Under the pieces are notes generated by a model. The model saw only the letters and a list, made by a program, of their open reading frames with translations. It had not been told where the DNA came from and ran no database searches. Positions 8,877-18,541 of a DNA stretch of 64,000 nt are shown here, piece by piece (position 1 is the first letter of the stretch; each line of letters opens with the position of its first letter). The stretch comes from Bryobacter sp. (GTDB lineage: Bacteria > Acidobacteriota > Terriglobia > Bryobacterales > Bryobacteraceae): NCBI GenBank assembly GCA_022843605.1, contig JALHNI010000009.1:11704-75703 (forward strand), given 5' to 3'. The position numbers were made by a program, and so were the translations under genes.

Positions 8877-10278
8877 GTCACGTCGTGATTTTCTAGCTGC
8901 CGCCGGAAGAGGTTTTGGCGCGGTGGCCGCCGCTTCCTTACTGCCATCGAGCTATGGCGCTACGAGTCCCTTGGCGCCCAAGGCGCCACATCAGACGGCT
9001 CGTGCGAAGTCGGTGATCTACCTGTACATGCACGGCGGGGTGAGTCATGTCGATACGTGGGATCCGAAGCCCGAGTTGAATCGCCTCTCCGGCAAGACGC
9101 TGCCGGCCAGTTTCGTCAAGGGCCTCAAGACCAGCCGCATTGATTTCACGAAGGCTCTGGCGCGCGGCAACGCTTGGCCATTCCGTCCACGAGGACAATC
9201 GGGCATCGAAATTTCTGACCTGTTTCCGCACATGTCCGGCCATGCGGATGAACTGGCAATGGTCCGCTCCTGCCACGGCGATGCCTTTGACCATGCGCCG
9301 GCGATGTACTTGCACGCCACCGGATCACAGTTTCCGGGTCGGCCCAGCTTGGGCTCCTGGGTGAGTTATGGCTTGGGCTCAGAGAATCAGAACTTACCGG
9401 CCTTCGTCGTCATGACGGATGGCGCGATGAAGTGCGGTCCGCAGGGCTACGGTGCGGGGTTTCTGCCGGCCGTCTATCAGGGAACGATGTTTCGTGGCGG
9501 TAAGAGTCCGGTGCTCGATTTGGCAAGCCCGGAAGGCGTGAGCCAGACGACTCAGCGGGCCACGCTCGATCTGCTCGGCGATCTTGACCGCCAGCACCTC
9601 TCCGAGCGTCCTTTCGATAGTGATCTTGAAGCGCGGCTGGAGTCCTACGAACTCGCTTTCCGCATGCAGTCCGAAGCGCCGGATGCGGTGGACATCAGCA
9701 AGGAAACCGAGGCGACGAAGCGTCTGTACGGCATCGGAGAAGGACTTTCCGATGACTTCGGCCGCAAGTGTCTGCTGGCTCGCCGCCTAGTGGAGCGCGG
9801 GGTCCGATTTATTCATCTCTACTCCGGAACACACCTCGGCGACGACTGGGACGGTGCGCACAACGACCTTACCGGCTCGCACACGAAAATGGCGGCGAAG
9901 ACCGATAAGCCCATTTCCGGCTTACTGAAAGACTTGGCCGCTCGCGGGCTCTCCGACTCGACGCTGGTGATCTGGGGTAGTGAGTTCGGCCGAACGCCGC
10001 TTGCTGAAGGTCGCAACGGCCGCGACCATCATCCCTACGCCTTCTCGATGTGGTTTTCGGGGGCCGGCGTCAAGGGTGGCCGAGTGCTGGGCGCAACGGA
10101 CGAATTCGGTCTGCGGCCCATTCAGAATCCCGTGGTCTCTCACGACATTAACGCCACGATCCTTCGGATGCTGGGCATGGACCATCTGAAGTTGACTTAC
10201 TTTTATCAGAGCCGCGACATGCGCTTGACTGATGTCCACGGCGAAAACGAGTTTACCCGTTTTCTGGTGGACGGCTAA
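8854..10278 (+). CDS. DUF1501 domain protein (sulfatase/alkaline-phosphatase-like fold, Tat-type signal)
   Basis: Twin-arginine-like 'SRRDFLAAAG', then 'GGVSHVDTWDPKP' and 'WGSEFGRTP...GRDHHP', which are hallmarks of DUF1501. It overlaps the preceding DUF1553 gene, which is the typical pairing. Confidence 0.85.
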   Translation: MSFSMLTKSRRDFLAAAGRGFGAVAAASLLPSSYGATSPLAPKAPHQTARAKSVIYLYMHGGVSHVDTWDPKPELNRLSGKTLPASFVKGLKTSRIDFTKALARGNAWPFRPRGQSGIEISDLFPHMSGHADELAMVRSCHGDAFDHAPAMYLHATGSQFPGRPSLGSWVSYGLGSENQNLPAFVVMTDGAMKCGPQGYGAGFLPAVYQGTMFRGGKSPVLDLASPEGVSQTTQRATLDLLGDLDRQHLSERPFDSDLEARLESYELAFRMQSEAPDAVDISKETEATKRLYGIGEGLSDDFGRKCLLARRLVERGVRFIHLYSGTHLGDDWDGAHNDLTGSHTKMAAKTDKPISGLLKDLAARGLSDSTLVIWGSEFGRTPLAEGRNGRDHHPYAFSMWFSGAGVKGGRVLGATDEFGLRPIQNPVVSHDINATILRMLGMDHLKLTYFYQSRDMRLTDVHGENEFTRFLVDG

Positions 10279-10282
10279 CGTC

Positions 10283-11152
10283 TCACGAAGGCTGGATTGT
10301 CAAAGCGACCCCCGCCAGGATGATTCCGCCGCTGAGCAACATGAGCGGAGTTATAGCTTCGTGGATAAATAACGCGCTCCAGATGACTCCGAACATCGGC
10401 ACCAAGTAAGTCACAGACATCGTGAACGTGGGTCCGGCGTTGCGAATCAGGCGGTAGTAAATGAGATACGCGATCGCTGTGCACAAGATTCCCAGCACCA
10501 TGACACAGCCCCAGGCGAGTAAGTTCGGATTCGCGGCAGGCAGATTGGCGAGCGCGAAGGGGGCGAGCAGGCCAATCGAGATGAGTTGCGAGCCGGTGGT
10601 GGTGGCGATGGGATCGATCCCGTTGAAATGGCGACGCGCGAAATTTGCGGCGAAGCCGTAGCAGAGGCTGGCGGCCAGGCAGGCAAGTACCGGATAGAGC
10701 GAGGCGGCGATCGCCGGTCCGCTGCCGCGATTCAGGATCAGCAGCACGACGCCGCAGAAACCGCAGATCAGTCCGGCGATGGCGCGCGGCTTGAGTACCG
10801 TGGAAAAGGCCACGGCCCCGATGAGCGCACCGAACAGGGGCACCGTTGCGTTCAAGATCGCCGACGTGCCGGCGGGAAGGTGCGCCGAGGCGTAGGCGAA
10901 GAGCGCGAAGGGCACGGTCTGTGTCGCCAAGGCGAGCACGAAGAGTTGCGGCAGTCGTCCGGCGAGCGGCAGAAAGCCGCCCTTCATCAGCAGGAGCGGG
11001 AGAAGGAAGGCGGCGCCAGTCGCGACGCGGGTTGCGGCCATGGGCACAGCGCCGAACTGCGGTACCGCGATTCGCATAAAGAGGAAGGATGCGCCCCAAA
11101 TTACGCCCAAGGCGAGCAGGTCCAGCAGGTCACGGCGCTTGATGTGGTCCAC
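10283..11152 (-). CDS. EamA/DMT-family transporter
   Basis: About ten hydrophobic segments and an N-terminus 'LLALGVIWGASFLFMRIAV' typical of EamA repeat proteins. Confidence 0.8.
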   Translation of the reverse strand: MDHIKRRDLLDLLALGVIWGASFLFMRIAVPQFGAVPMAATRVATGAAFLLPLLLMKGGFLPLAGRLPQLFVLALATQTVPFALFAYASAHLPAGTSAILNATVPLFGALIGAVAFSTVLKPRAIAGLICGFCGVVLLILNRGSGPAIAASLYPVLACLAASLCYGFAANFARRHFNGIDPIATTTGSQLISIGLLAPFALANLPAANPNLLAWGCVMVLGILCTAIAYLIYYRLIRNAGPTFTMSVTYLVPMFGVIWSALFIHEAITPLMLLSGGIILAGVALTIQPS

Positions 11153-11162
11153 ACACTATTCT

Positions 11163-13166
11163 CTACCGCCGTAGGTGGGTCAGCATTTGCTCCACGGCTG
11201 CGGGCGAAATCATGTGGCGTGGAGCGGTGTCGTCGATCTCCAAAGCGAACGCGCCTCGCGTGCCCAGTGCTTCCCTCACTGCCTTTTCGTAGACACGATA
11301 GGCTGCTTCGTAATCCAGGCCATGGCGCACGGCGTTGTGCTGCCGTTCCCCGAAGCAACAGTCGTCGCGGCGATTCAGGATCTGCACTTGTCGGCGGCCC
11401 CAGGCGCCGAGCGCGTATAGGTCGCCGTAGCCCGCGAAGCTGTAGAACGGGGCCAGATACTGCTCTTTGTCGCCTACCGAATCGCCGGTCCGCAGATAGA
11501 GCGGAATGCTGCCGGCTACCGGGAAGCTGTAGGTGATCGAAGGATCGATCGCGGAATAGAGGGTCGTCGTCCAGCCGCCGCCTGAAAGGCCAGCCATATG
11601 TACTTTCTTATAGCGGCCCCGGATCGCATTCAGGCTGATCGCCACGGGCTCCAAAAAGAATTTGAGGGCATTGCCGCTTTCGGGTTTCAGCGCGAAGAGC
11701 TCTCCGTGCGGCAGCGTGCGGCAATCCCCGGGACGCATGTGGGGCATGTAGGCGGCGAGCACCGCGTAGCCCGCTTCAAGGAACCGGTCAATGGCGTGCG
11801 CCATACCTGCGCCGCGTGGATCGGCGGCATCGTCGAAGGTGCAGGCGTGGCCATGCTGCAAAACGATCAACTGGCCGTTTGGCTTCAGCGGCAGGAAGTG
11901 GTGGGTGGTGTTTTCCTGGCCGGCGTCCATGCGAATCGAGTACGTGTCGACGGATTTCAGATGCTTGAGGTCCTTCACCGGGCTGGTGCCGTTCTTGTCG
12001 ACGGAAGCCGGCCGTGTTTTGGGCACGCCCGCTGGGCCCCAGATGTAGCTGACGATCTGCGCGCGCTTCTGCTGGGCAAGAACTTCCGAGGTGACGGTGA
12101 CCCGGCGATCGTCTACCAGCACCGGGGGCGGCAGCATCAGGACGTCCGCAATCTTTGGGGCGAGGCCGTCGGCCATCCATTGAAAGCCGAGGTCGTTGGG
12201 GTGGACGCCATCTACCAGGCCATCGAGCTGACTCGGACCCAATAACGACAGGCCTTCAACGAGAGTGAGGTTCCGGTCGCCGGCATTGATGCGCGCCTTC
12301 ACCACTTCGCGGATATGCTCACGCATCAGCGGGATGCGTGCCTGCTCGCGCGCCATCGCAATGGGTGTGATGGCGATAATCGGCGTGGTGGGGTGCTTCC
12401 TCCGCACGGTGTCCAGAAACGGCGCATAGACCTCTCGCAGGCTTTCGATGGTGGGGTTGTTTTGCGAGAAATCGAGCACGAAGACCGAAGCATCGATTTC
12501 GGCCACCATACTGGCCACCGCTGGCTCGCCTTTGCCGTTGCCGGAGAAGCCGAGGTTGACGAAGTCCAGGTTGAGCTGACGCGCGAGGATCGCCTGATAG
12601 CTGAGCCCGCTGCGGCTGGCGCAGCCACCCTGCGTGATGGAGGTGCCGTAGAAGACCACCGGTTTCGCGGCTGCAAAGCGGCGAGCCTTGGTGAGCGCGG
12701 AGCCTTCATCCAGTCCGATCGCTTTCACGCTGACGGGCTTATACAGCGACAGGTAAAGCGTAAGCTCCCGATCCTGCTTGGGCAGGTTCTCGAAGAAGAC
12801 GTGCTCGATGATCTTGCCGGCCGCCGCATCCTTGGGGGCGATGGCCGTGGAGTGATAAGCGCCGTCGAGGTAGAGGTCGATACCGGTTTGCCCGAAGGCG
12901 TGCATGTTGGCCATGTTGGGTGGCGAAGGAAACTCCAGGCGCATTTTGAGGGTGCTGGAGTCCGTACGGAAGCGGATGCGGCCGCCGCTGGGCGACAGGC
13001 CCAGGTTCCAGACCGCGGGGGGCAGGGTCTCTTTCAGCCGCAGGGGCAGGCGAATGGGCTCGCCTTTGTTCTCGGCGTACCAAGGGAGACCGTGGACGGG
13101 CAAGCGCGGGTCAGGGGGCGCGATCCAGTCGAGGCTAAGCGCGGCAAGTGCGAGCACGAGGTGCAT
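11163..13166 (-). CDS. Secreted esterase fusion: SGNH/GDSL hydrolase (CE2-like N-terminal sandwich) + alpha/beta-hydrolase-like C-terminal domain
   Basis: Signal-like N-terminus, SGNH block I 'VVFYGTSITQGGCAS', block 'GFSGNGKGE', late 'DGVHPND', and a C-terminal nucleophile elbow 'HMAGLSGGGW'. Confidence 0.65.
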   Translation of the reverse strand: MHLVLALAALSLDWIAPPDPRLPVHGLPWYAENKGEPIRLPLRLKETLPPAVWNLGLSPSGGRIRFRTDSSTLKMRLEFPSPPNMANMHAFGQTGIDLYLDGAYHSTAIAPKDAAAGKIIEHVFFENLPKQDRELTLYLSLYKPVSVKAIGLDEGSALTKARRFAAAKPVVFYGTSITQGGCASRSGLSYQAILARQLNLDFVNLGFSGNGKGEPAVASMVAEIDASVFVLDFSQNNPTIESLREVYAPFLDTVRRKHPTTPIIAITPIAMAREQARIPLMREHIREVVKARINAGDRNLTLVEGLSLLGPSQLDGLVDGVHPNDLGFQWMADGLAPKIADVLMLPPPVLVDDRRVTVTSEVLAQQKRAQIVSYIWGPAGVPKTRPASVDKNGTSPVKDLKHLKSVDTYSIRMDAGQENTTHHFLPLKPNGQLIVLQHGHACTFDDAADPRGAGMAHAIDRFLEAGYAVLAAYMPHMRPGDCRTLPHGELFALKPESGNALKFFLEPVAISLNAIRGRYKKVHMAGLSGGGWTTTLYSAIDPSITYSFPVAGSIPLYLRTGDSVGDKEQYLAPFYSFAGYGDLYALGAWGRRQVQILNRRDDCCFGERQHNAVRHGLDYEAAYRVYEKAVREALGTRGAFALEIDDTAPRHMISPAAVEQMLTHLRR

Positions 13167-13183
13167 TCGTGCATGATACGCCG

Positions 13184-15442
13184 TTATTTCTTCTTGATGA
13201 GATTCGTCACGGCGCGGCGGTTCTCTTCGCCGTCGACGATGAGGCGATCGTTGTTGGCGAACCAGACCAGGCTCTTGCCTTCAGTAGTGCGCTGCGGTAC
13301 GCCGGCAAGCAAATCGACCATTCTAGGCCGCGTGCCTTCCAGCACCAAACGAGCTTCGCCCACATAGTATTCGGCATGGTCGCCCCAGCCTTGACGGCTC
13401 TTCGTATCGCGAGTCTCGACGATTTCCACCTTGCCATCGGCGAAGGCCTTCTCGAGACCGCCGTTCGGGCCTTCCCAGTTTGATTCCGAGTTTTCGTTCG
13501 ACGAAAGATAGGCGCGAATCTCCTGGCCCTTTACCTGCAAACCGGGCCGCGTGAGGACCACGCCCCCGCCACGGTAGTGTGCGAACTGATCCTTGTCGGA
13601 GTAGAGCAACTCGGGTGCGCGGACGATGGTGAATACCTGTCCCTTCGCACTCGCCTGCCGGTCCAATAGCTGGCTGACCACCTGTCCATTGGCTTTGAGC
13701 TTTTGCGCGGGACGGTCAATGTCGATGCGATTGGCGCTGAGGCGATTGGCGCCCTGCCACATCACCGCGCGGCCTTCGTAGCGCACCAGCGTATTCTTCG
13801 CGGTGGAGTACATCTCGTTGGCGGTGGCTCGAACGGGCTCGCTGCCATTCATCAGGCCCGCGGCGTTGGCCTTGCGCTCCCCTTCGCGGACACTGCGTAC
13901 CTGGCCCTTGGCGGTGAAATCGCCCGACTTCTGGTCCAGCAGAATGGTGTCGGCGTCAGTCGATCCGCTGGGGTCCCAAACGCGGGCCTTGCCGGTGAGG
14001 TTGATCTCCCCTTTGGCCTGCTCCAGCGAGGCGCGGTCCGCGGTGGCTTGCCGCGGACCTTCCTGATAGCGAAAACCTGTCCACTGCTCAAGCCTGGCCA
14101 GTTCGCCGGAAGTGGGCGAGAAAAACGCTTCGAGGTCCTGGGACCAGGTGAGCACCGGCGGCGCTTTGGAGGCTGGCTGCGCGGCCGGTTCAGTGCGCGT
14201 GGACGACTTTACGCTGCGAAGCTTTTCCAGAACATTGTTCTTGCCATAAGTCATGTAGAGCCGCTCGCCTTCCAGTCGGCGCTGGCGTTGCGTGGGAGCA
14301 TTCGGAATCAGTTCGATCACGCCGGGATCATGCGTTTCCATCCGGTCAATCTCCTCGCCGCCTGGGCGCATCACCAATTCGATGGAATCGCTCGAGAGGA
14401 CCTTGGTTTCGGCGGGAATCGATTTGGGTTTCGGCACGGGTTTGGCCTCCACCCGGGCTTTGCCTTGTGCAAAAGCTTTTTGCAGCGTGCTGGCCGCGTC
14501 CGTGGCGATGAAATCGAGCTGAACGCGGCCCGCGCTCATCACCGTGCGTTCGCGATCATTGCCCGAAATGAGCCGCGCCGCGCCGTTGCCCTCAATCTTC
14601 TGGGCCTGGCCCTTTTCATTGAAGTCGATGCGCAGGGCGTCGGCGGCATACTCGAGTGAACGGCCCTTTTGCTGCTCGGTGCCCACAGCTTGGTTCGCAT
14701 CGACGCGGCGCACGATCCCCTGGTCGAGCTCAACGACGGAGTCCTTGGCGTTCAGAACGAGTGTGTCGCGCGTGAGCTTCGCCCAGGGCTTGAGATAGAC
14801 CTTGCTTTCCAGTTCCTTGTAGAGGGCCTCCCCGGCTTCAACGTGCATGGTCTTCTCGCCGGCGTGCCAGGTAAGGGCGACCGCGCTACGTAAGTTCAGT
14901 TCGCGCAGGGCCGGGTCGTAGTCGGCGCCGACGGCCTGGCCTTCGCCCTGGCCGAACTTGAACCAGACCGGCTTATCGGTGGAGGCTTTGTTGGAGTCGA
15001 GTTCAAACCGGACGCTCGAACTCTTGATTTCGAGAACGCGGTTGGGCTTGGGGCCATCCTCCGGAATGCCCATCGTGATCCGGACATCACCTTCGGAGAA
15101 GAGGACCCGGTCCCCCTTCGTGAAGCGTGCCTGGGCGCTCTCCACCAGGTCGTACTTGGTGCCGGTTGCATCGTAGAGCAGCAATTCCAGGCCTTCAAGC
15201 TCGGTGGACGGAGGATCTTTGATCTCGCGAAAACTGGAGGCGCGGATGAGGGATTTCGGCTTGTCCCCCTGGTTGTTCGCCCATTCCCACTTGGAGGCTT
15301 TGGCGGAGAGACCCATCCCGAGGGGCGCGGGCTTCGCGGGGGCATTGCGCGCCGTGATCTGCTTCTGGCGCAAGTAAGAGTTGCCAACGGAGATCACGAT
15401 GCCGAGAATCGCAATAACAAGCAACCAAGCAAACCGGCGCAT
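13184..15442 (-). CDS. Membrane-anchored protein built of repeated OstA/LptA-like (LptC/LptA fold) modules
   Basis: N-terminal TM anchor 'FAWLLVIAILGIVISV'. Several segments resemble the LptA pattern, for example 'ADGKVEIVETRDTKSRQGWGDHAEYYVGEARLVLEG' and 'ADRASLEQAKGEINLTGKARVWD'. Confidence 0.5.
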   Translation of the reverse strand: MRRFAWLLVIAILGIVISVGNSYLRQKQITARNAPAKPAPLGMGLSAKASKWEWANNQGDKPKSLIRASSFREIKDPPSTELEGLELLLYDATGTKYDLVESAQARFTKGDRVLFSEGDVRITMGIPEDGPKPNRVLEIKSSSVRFELDSNKASTDKPVWFKFGQGEGQAVGADYDPALRELNLRSAVALTWHAGEKTMHVEAGEALYKELESKVYLKPWAKLTRDTLVLNAKDSVVELDQGIVRRVDANQAVGTEQQKGRSLEYAADALRIDFNEKGQAQKIEGNGAARLISGNDRERTVMSAGRVQLDFIATDAASTLQKAFAQGKARVEAKPVPKPKSIPAETKVLSSDSIELVMRPGGEEIDRMETHDPGVIELIPNAPTQRQRRLEGERLYMTYGKNNVLEKLRSVKSSTRTEPAAQPASKAPPVLTWSQDLEAFFSPTSGELARLEQWTGFRYQEGPRQATADRASLEQAKGEINLTGKARVWDPSGSTDADTILLDQKSGDFTAKGQVRSVREGERKANAAGLMNGSEPVRATANEMYSTAKNTLVRYEGRAVMWQGANRLSANRIDIDRPAQKLKANGQVVSQLLDRQASAKGQVFTIVRAPELLYSDKDQFAHYRGGGVVLTRPGLQVKGQEIRAYLSSNENSESNWEGPNGGLEKAFADGKVEIVETRDTKSRQGWGDHAEYYVGEARLVLEGTRPRMVDLLAGVPQRTTEGKSLVWFANNDRLIVDGEENRRAVTNLIKKK

Positions 15443-15614
15443 CCATCTATTACCCTAGCAGACTAGCGCCGAAAGGGCGAAAGTGAACAAAAGAAGCACT
15501 TTACGGGGTTGCCTCGCGAAAAGCGGAAATTCTGCGCTATACTCAGAGGGTTCGTTTCTCCGCCACTCGGGCTTGGTGCCCGGTCGGCCACACTGAGTTT
15601 GGATTAGGGTTCTA

Positions 15615-16154
15615 ATGTTTTTTAAGATCAGGGACCTTGAGTTAAAGCCAAACCGGTTTGAGGTTGCCTTTGCGCCTGGAGAGGTCGATCTCCTGGATCC
15701 CGAGCTTCAACAGGCTGGGCCGCTGACCGCCGAGGGAGTTGCAGAATTCCTGGACTCGGTGAGCGAGATCCATGTTCGCGGGGAATTTCGCGTTCGCGTG
15801 AACGCCCCGTGCGATCGCTGCCTGGAACCGGCGGGCGAGGAGATCCGGCAAAAATTCGACCTTTATTACCGTCCCATGGAAGAACTGGAAGGCGGGGTGG
15901 AGGTCGGATTGAAAGCGGCGGACGCGGATGTCGGCTTCTATGAAGGCGACGGCATCTCGCTGATCGATATTTTGCGGGAGCAGATCCTGCTGGCGTTGCC
16001 CGCGCAGCGCGTTTGCCGTAAAGATTGCCGGGGCTTGTGCCCGATTTGCGGTTTGAGTTTGAATGAGCAGCAATGCTCCTGTGTCGCTCCGGCGGTGGAA
16101 AGCCGTTGGGAGGCGTTAAAGAGTTTTAAGCCTGGCTTGAAGGCCGGGAAGTAA
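15615..16154 (+). CDS. yceD: YceD/DUF177 family protein (large-subunit ribosome maturation-associated)
   Basis: Contains 'CDRCLEP' and 'CRKDCRGLCPICGLSLNEQQCSC', and sits in the conserved position upstream of rpmF. Confidence 0.8.
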   Translation: MFFKIRDLELKPNRFEVAFAPGEVDLLDPELQQAGPLTAEGVAEFLDSVSEIHVRGEFRVRVNAPCDRCLEPAGEEIRQKFDLYYRPMEELEGGVEVGLKAADADVGFYEGDGISLIDILREQILLALPAQRVCRKDCRGLCPICGLSLNEQQCSCVAPAVESRWEALKSFKPGLKAGK

Positions 16155-16179
16155 ATTATAGAAGTACGGATCGAAATCC

Positions 16180-16368
16180 ATGCCTAATCCTAAAAGACGT
16201 CACTCCAAGCGCCGCACCTCCACCCGCCGCGCTCACGATGCCCTGCGCGTCCCCGGCCTCACCGATTGTCCCCATTGCTTTGAGCCGAAGCTCCCCCATC
16301 GTGTTTGCCCCAAGTGCGGCAAGTACGGCAAGGCCGGCCGCGAAGTGATCGAAGTCGCAGAAGCCTAA
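16180..16368 (+). CDS. rpmF: 50S ribosomal protein L32
   Basis: The sequence 'MPNPKRRHSKRRTSTRRAHDAL...CPHCFEPKLPHRVCPKCGKY' is classic L32. Confidence 0.95.
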   Translation: MPNPKRRHSKRRTSTRRAHDALRVPGLTDCPHCFEPKLPHRVCPKCGKYGKAGREVIEVAEA

Positions 16369-16380
16369 ACTCCTGGGTTC

Positions 16381-17388
16381 ATGCTGACCATAGCCGTCGA
16401 CGCCATGGGCGGGGATCATGCCCCGAAGCCCGAGGTTGAGGGCGCAATTCAGGCGGTCGTTGAACACAACGTCCGCGTCATTCTCGTCGGTCAGGAAGAA
16501 GTCCTCCGGCGCGAATTGTCGTCCCATCAAGGCGATTGGGAAGGCCTGCCCATCGTCATCCACCATGCCAGCGAAGTGATCACCATGGAGGACAGCGCCT
16601 CCAAGGCGATGCGCTCCAAGAAAGACTCCTCCATCCGGGTCGCCTCGCGTCTGGTTCGTGAAGGCACCGCTCAAGGATTGGTATCCGCCGGTAATACCGG
16701 CGCGGTGATGGTGACCGCCAAAACCGTCCAGGGCATGGTGTCCGGTGTTGACCGGCCCGCCCTCGCCGCCGTCTTCCCCACTGCGAAAAGCAAGCCCTGC
16801 GTCATGGTGGATGTCGGCGCCAATGTCGACTCCAGCCCGGAGATGCTCGCCCAGTTCGCCATCATGGGCGAACTCTATTCCCGCGTCATTTTCCATGTGA
16901 AGCATCCCCGCGTGGGCCTCTTGTCCATCGGCGAAGAGGACCACAAGGGCAACGATCTGGTGCATAAGACGCAACCGCTGATGAAGAAGCTGCCGATCAA
17001 CTACATCGGCAATGTCGAGGGCCGCGACCTCTACAACGGTCACGCCGACGTCATCGTTTGCGACGGCTTTATCGGCAATGTCGCGCTCAAGGTAAGCGAA
17101 GGGCTGGTGGAAGTGATCCGCCACAAACTGAAGGATTCTCTGTCGAGCACCATCACCCGCCAGATTGGATCCGTGCTGGCGCGCAACGGCTTCAACGAGT
17201 TCCGCAAAGGCTTCGATTACTCCGAATACGGCGGCGCGCCGCTGCTCGGGGTGAAGGGCGTTTGTATCATCTGCCACGGCCGCTCGAACGCCAACGCGAT
17301 CAAGAACGCGATCCGCGTCGCCGCCGACTACGCGCGCGGCCGCATCAACGAACGCATCGAAGAAGAACTCGCCGCGACCAAACTCTAG
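16381..17388 (+). CDS. plsX: Phosphate acyltransferase PlsX
   Basis: Contains '[19 protein letters not shown]', 'GNTGAVM' and '[10 protein letters not shown]', and is syntenic with rpmF. Confidence 0.95.
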   Translation: MLTIAVDAMGGDHAPKPEVEGAIQAVVEHNVRVILVGQEEVLRRELSSHQGDWEGLPIVIHHASEVITMEDSASKAMRSKKDSSIRVASRLVREGTAQGLVSAGNTGAVMVTAKTVQGMVSGVDRPALAAVFPTAKSKPCVMVDVGANVDSSPEMLAQFAIMGELYSRVIFHVKHPRVGLLSIGEEDHKGNDLVHKTQPLMKKLPINYIGNVEGRDLYNGHADVIVCDGFIGNVALKVSEGLVEVIRHKLKDSLSSTITRQIGSVLARNGFNEFRKGFDYSEYGGAPLLGVKGVCIICHGRSNANAIKNAIRVAADYARGRINERIEEELAATKL

Positions 17389-17789
17389 CGGGCGCCTCCT
17401 AGAAATCCAGCCACCTCTCGCTAGTCGGCCGACCGACAGCCGGGAGCCCAATTGCGCTCCACTTTGGGCCGTCAGGCTGGTTCTATCGTGAAACGCCCGC
17501 CAAGTTCCGAGTAGTGCGTTGCGCTGGAGCTGATGCGCATCGCTCGACACTGTGCGACTGATCGGTACCGAATCGCAGACGGACGCGGTCGACTGCATAG
17601 TTGGTTCGAGCCGATCATAGCCGGTTTCCGATAACTGCCAGTGACCATCAACCACCGAGTGACTGTGGATGGTCATCCCGGCCAGTGAAGCGGGATAGCG
17701 CTAGCTTCGTTTGGAACTATTTGAATCAGCACAGTACACCGAATTCAGGCGGCCTCTTGACTGGGCCAAAGAACTGCTCATAGAAGCCC

Positions 17790-18260
17790 ATGAAATGTTT
17801 TGCCGCCCGCCTGGTGCTTTTCGCCGTTCTGGTTCTCGGATCAGTTCAATCTGCTATGGCGCAGTCTCACGGCTATGGATTTGCAGGGGTAACCATGGGC
17901 GACAAGTCACTTCAGAGTGCCCTTCGTTATGGCTTGGGTGGCACATTCGCCGTCCTGCCGCGTTTAACAATCGGTGGAGAGGCGGGGGGCTTTCAAAAGA
18001 GCGGTACGGGCCTGCTCGCTTCTGGCAATCTCGGAGTGCACTTCCGACGGCACGTCGAAACTGGATTCGATCCGTTTGCCACGGGCGGCATTACCGGAGT
18101 CCGTATTGGCGGCGAGACGGGATTGTACGCAAACGTCGGCGGCGGTTTCAACCAGTGGTTTCGCCCGCGGGCCGCCTTCCGGCTGGAGTTTCGCGGCTAT
18201 CCCGGCCGTCAAGACTTGAATAGCTTTTCGGAAATCCGGTTTGGGATTTCATTCCGTTAA
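17790..18260 (+). CDS. Small outer-membrane beta-barrel (OmpW/porin-family-like) protein
   Basis: Signal peptide 'MKCFAARLVLFAVLVLGSVQSAMAQ', alternating Gly/aromatic beta-strand pattern, and a C-terminal 'EIRFGISFR'. Confidence 0.55.
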   Translation: MKCFAARLVLFAVLVLGSVQSAMAQSHGYGFAGVTMGDKSLQSALRYGLGGTFAVLPRLTIGGEAGGFQKSGTGLLASGNLGVHFRRHVETGFDPFATGGITGVRIGGETGLYANVGGGFNQWFRPRAAFRLEFRGYPGRQDLNSFSEIRFGISFR

Positions 18261-18541
18261 GCCTAAGAGTTGCAGACCTCTCTCAACAACCCGGCAATGC
18301 GACCATAACACACGCGAAGTCCGTGCCGTTGTGGGTGCGTTTTGAGATAGAACCCGCAAAACGGCACAGCGTAGCGGAGACTGGAACCGTCGTCGGCTTC
18401 GTCCCTGGTGTGGCCGCGCCGCATCGCCGAAACCAGTACGCCCGCCAGCCGAGGGCTAGTTCGCGGTTTCCCTTCGCGACAAATCGCGGGCGGAGGTGCC
18501 CCCTTGCGATGACTGCCTTAGGAGTGTCAGGCTGATGGAGA

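Noticed and set aside
15505-15550. Sigma-70-like TTGCCT ... TATACT pair upstream of yceD
   Set aside because: The spacer is ~23 nt, outside the 16-18 nt window. It is not reported as a promoter.
16156-17676. 506-aa minus-strand ORF antisense to rpmF/plsX
   Set aside because: It overlaps two unmistakable housekeeping genes (L32, PlsX). Its composition is Gly/Ala/Arg/Asp-rich with no recognisable motif, which is the typical stop-poor antisense frame of GC-rich DNA.
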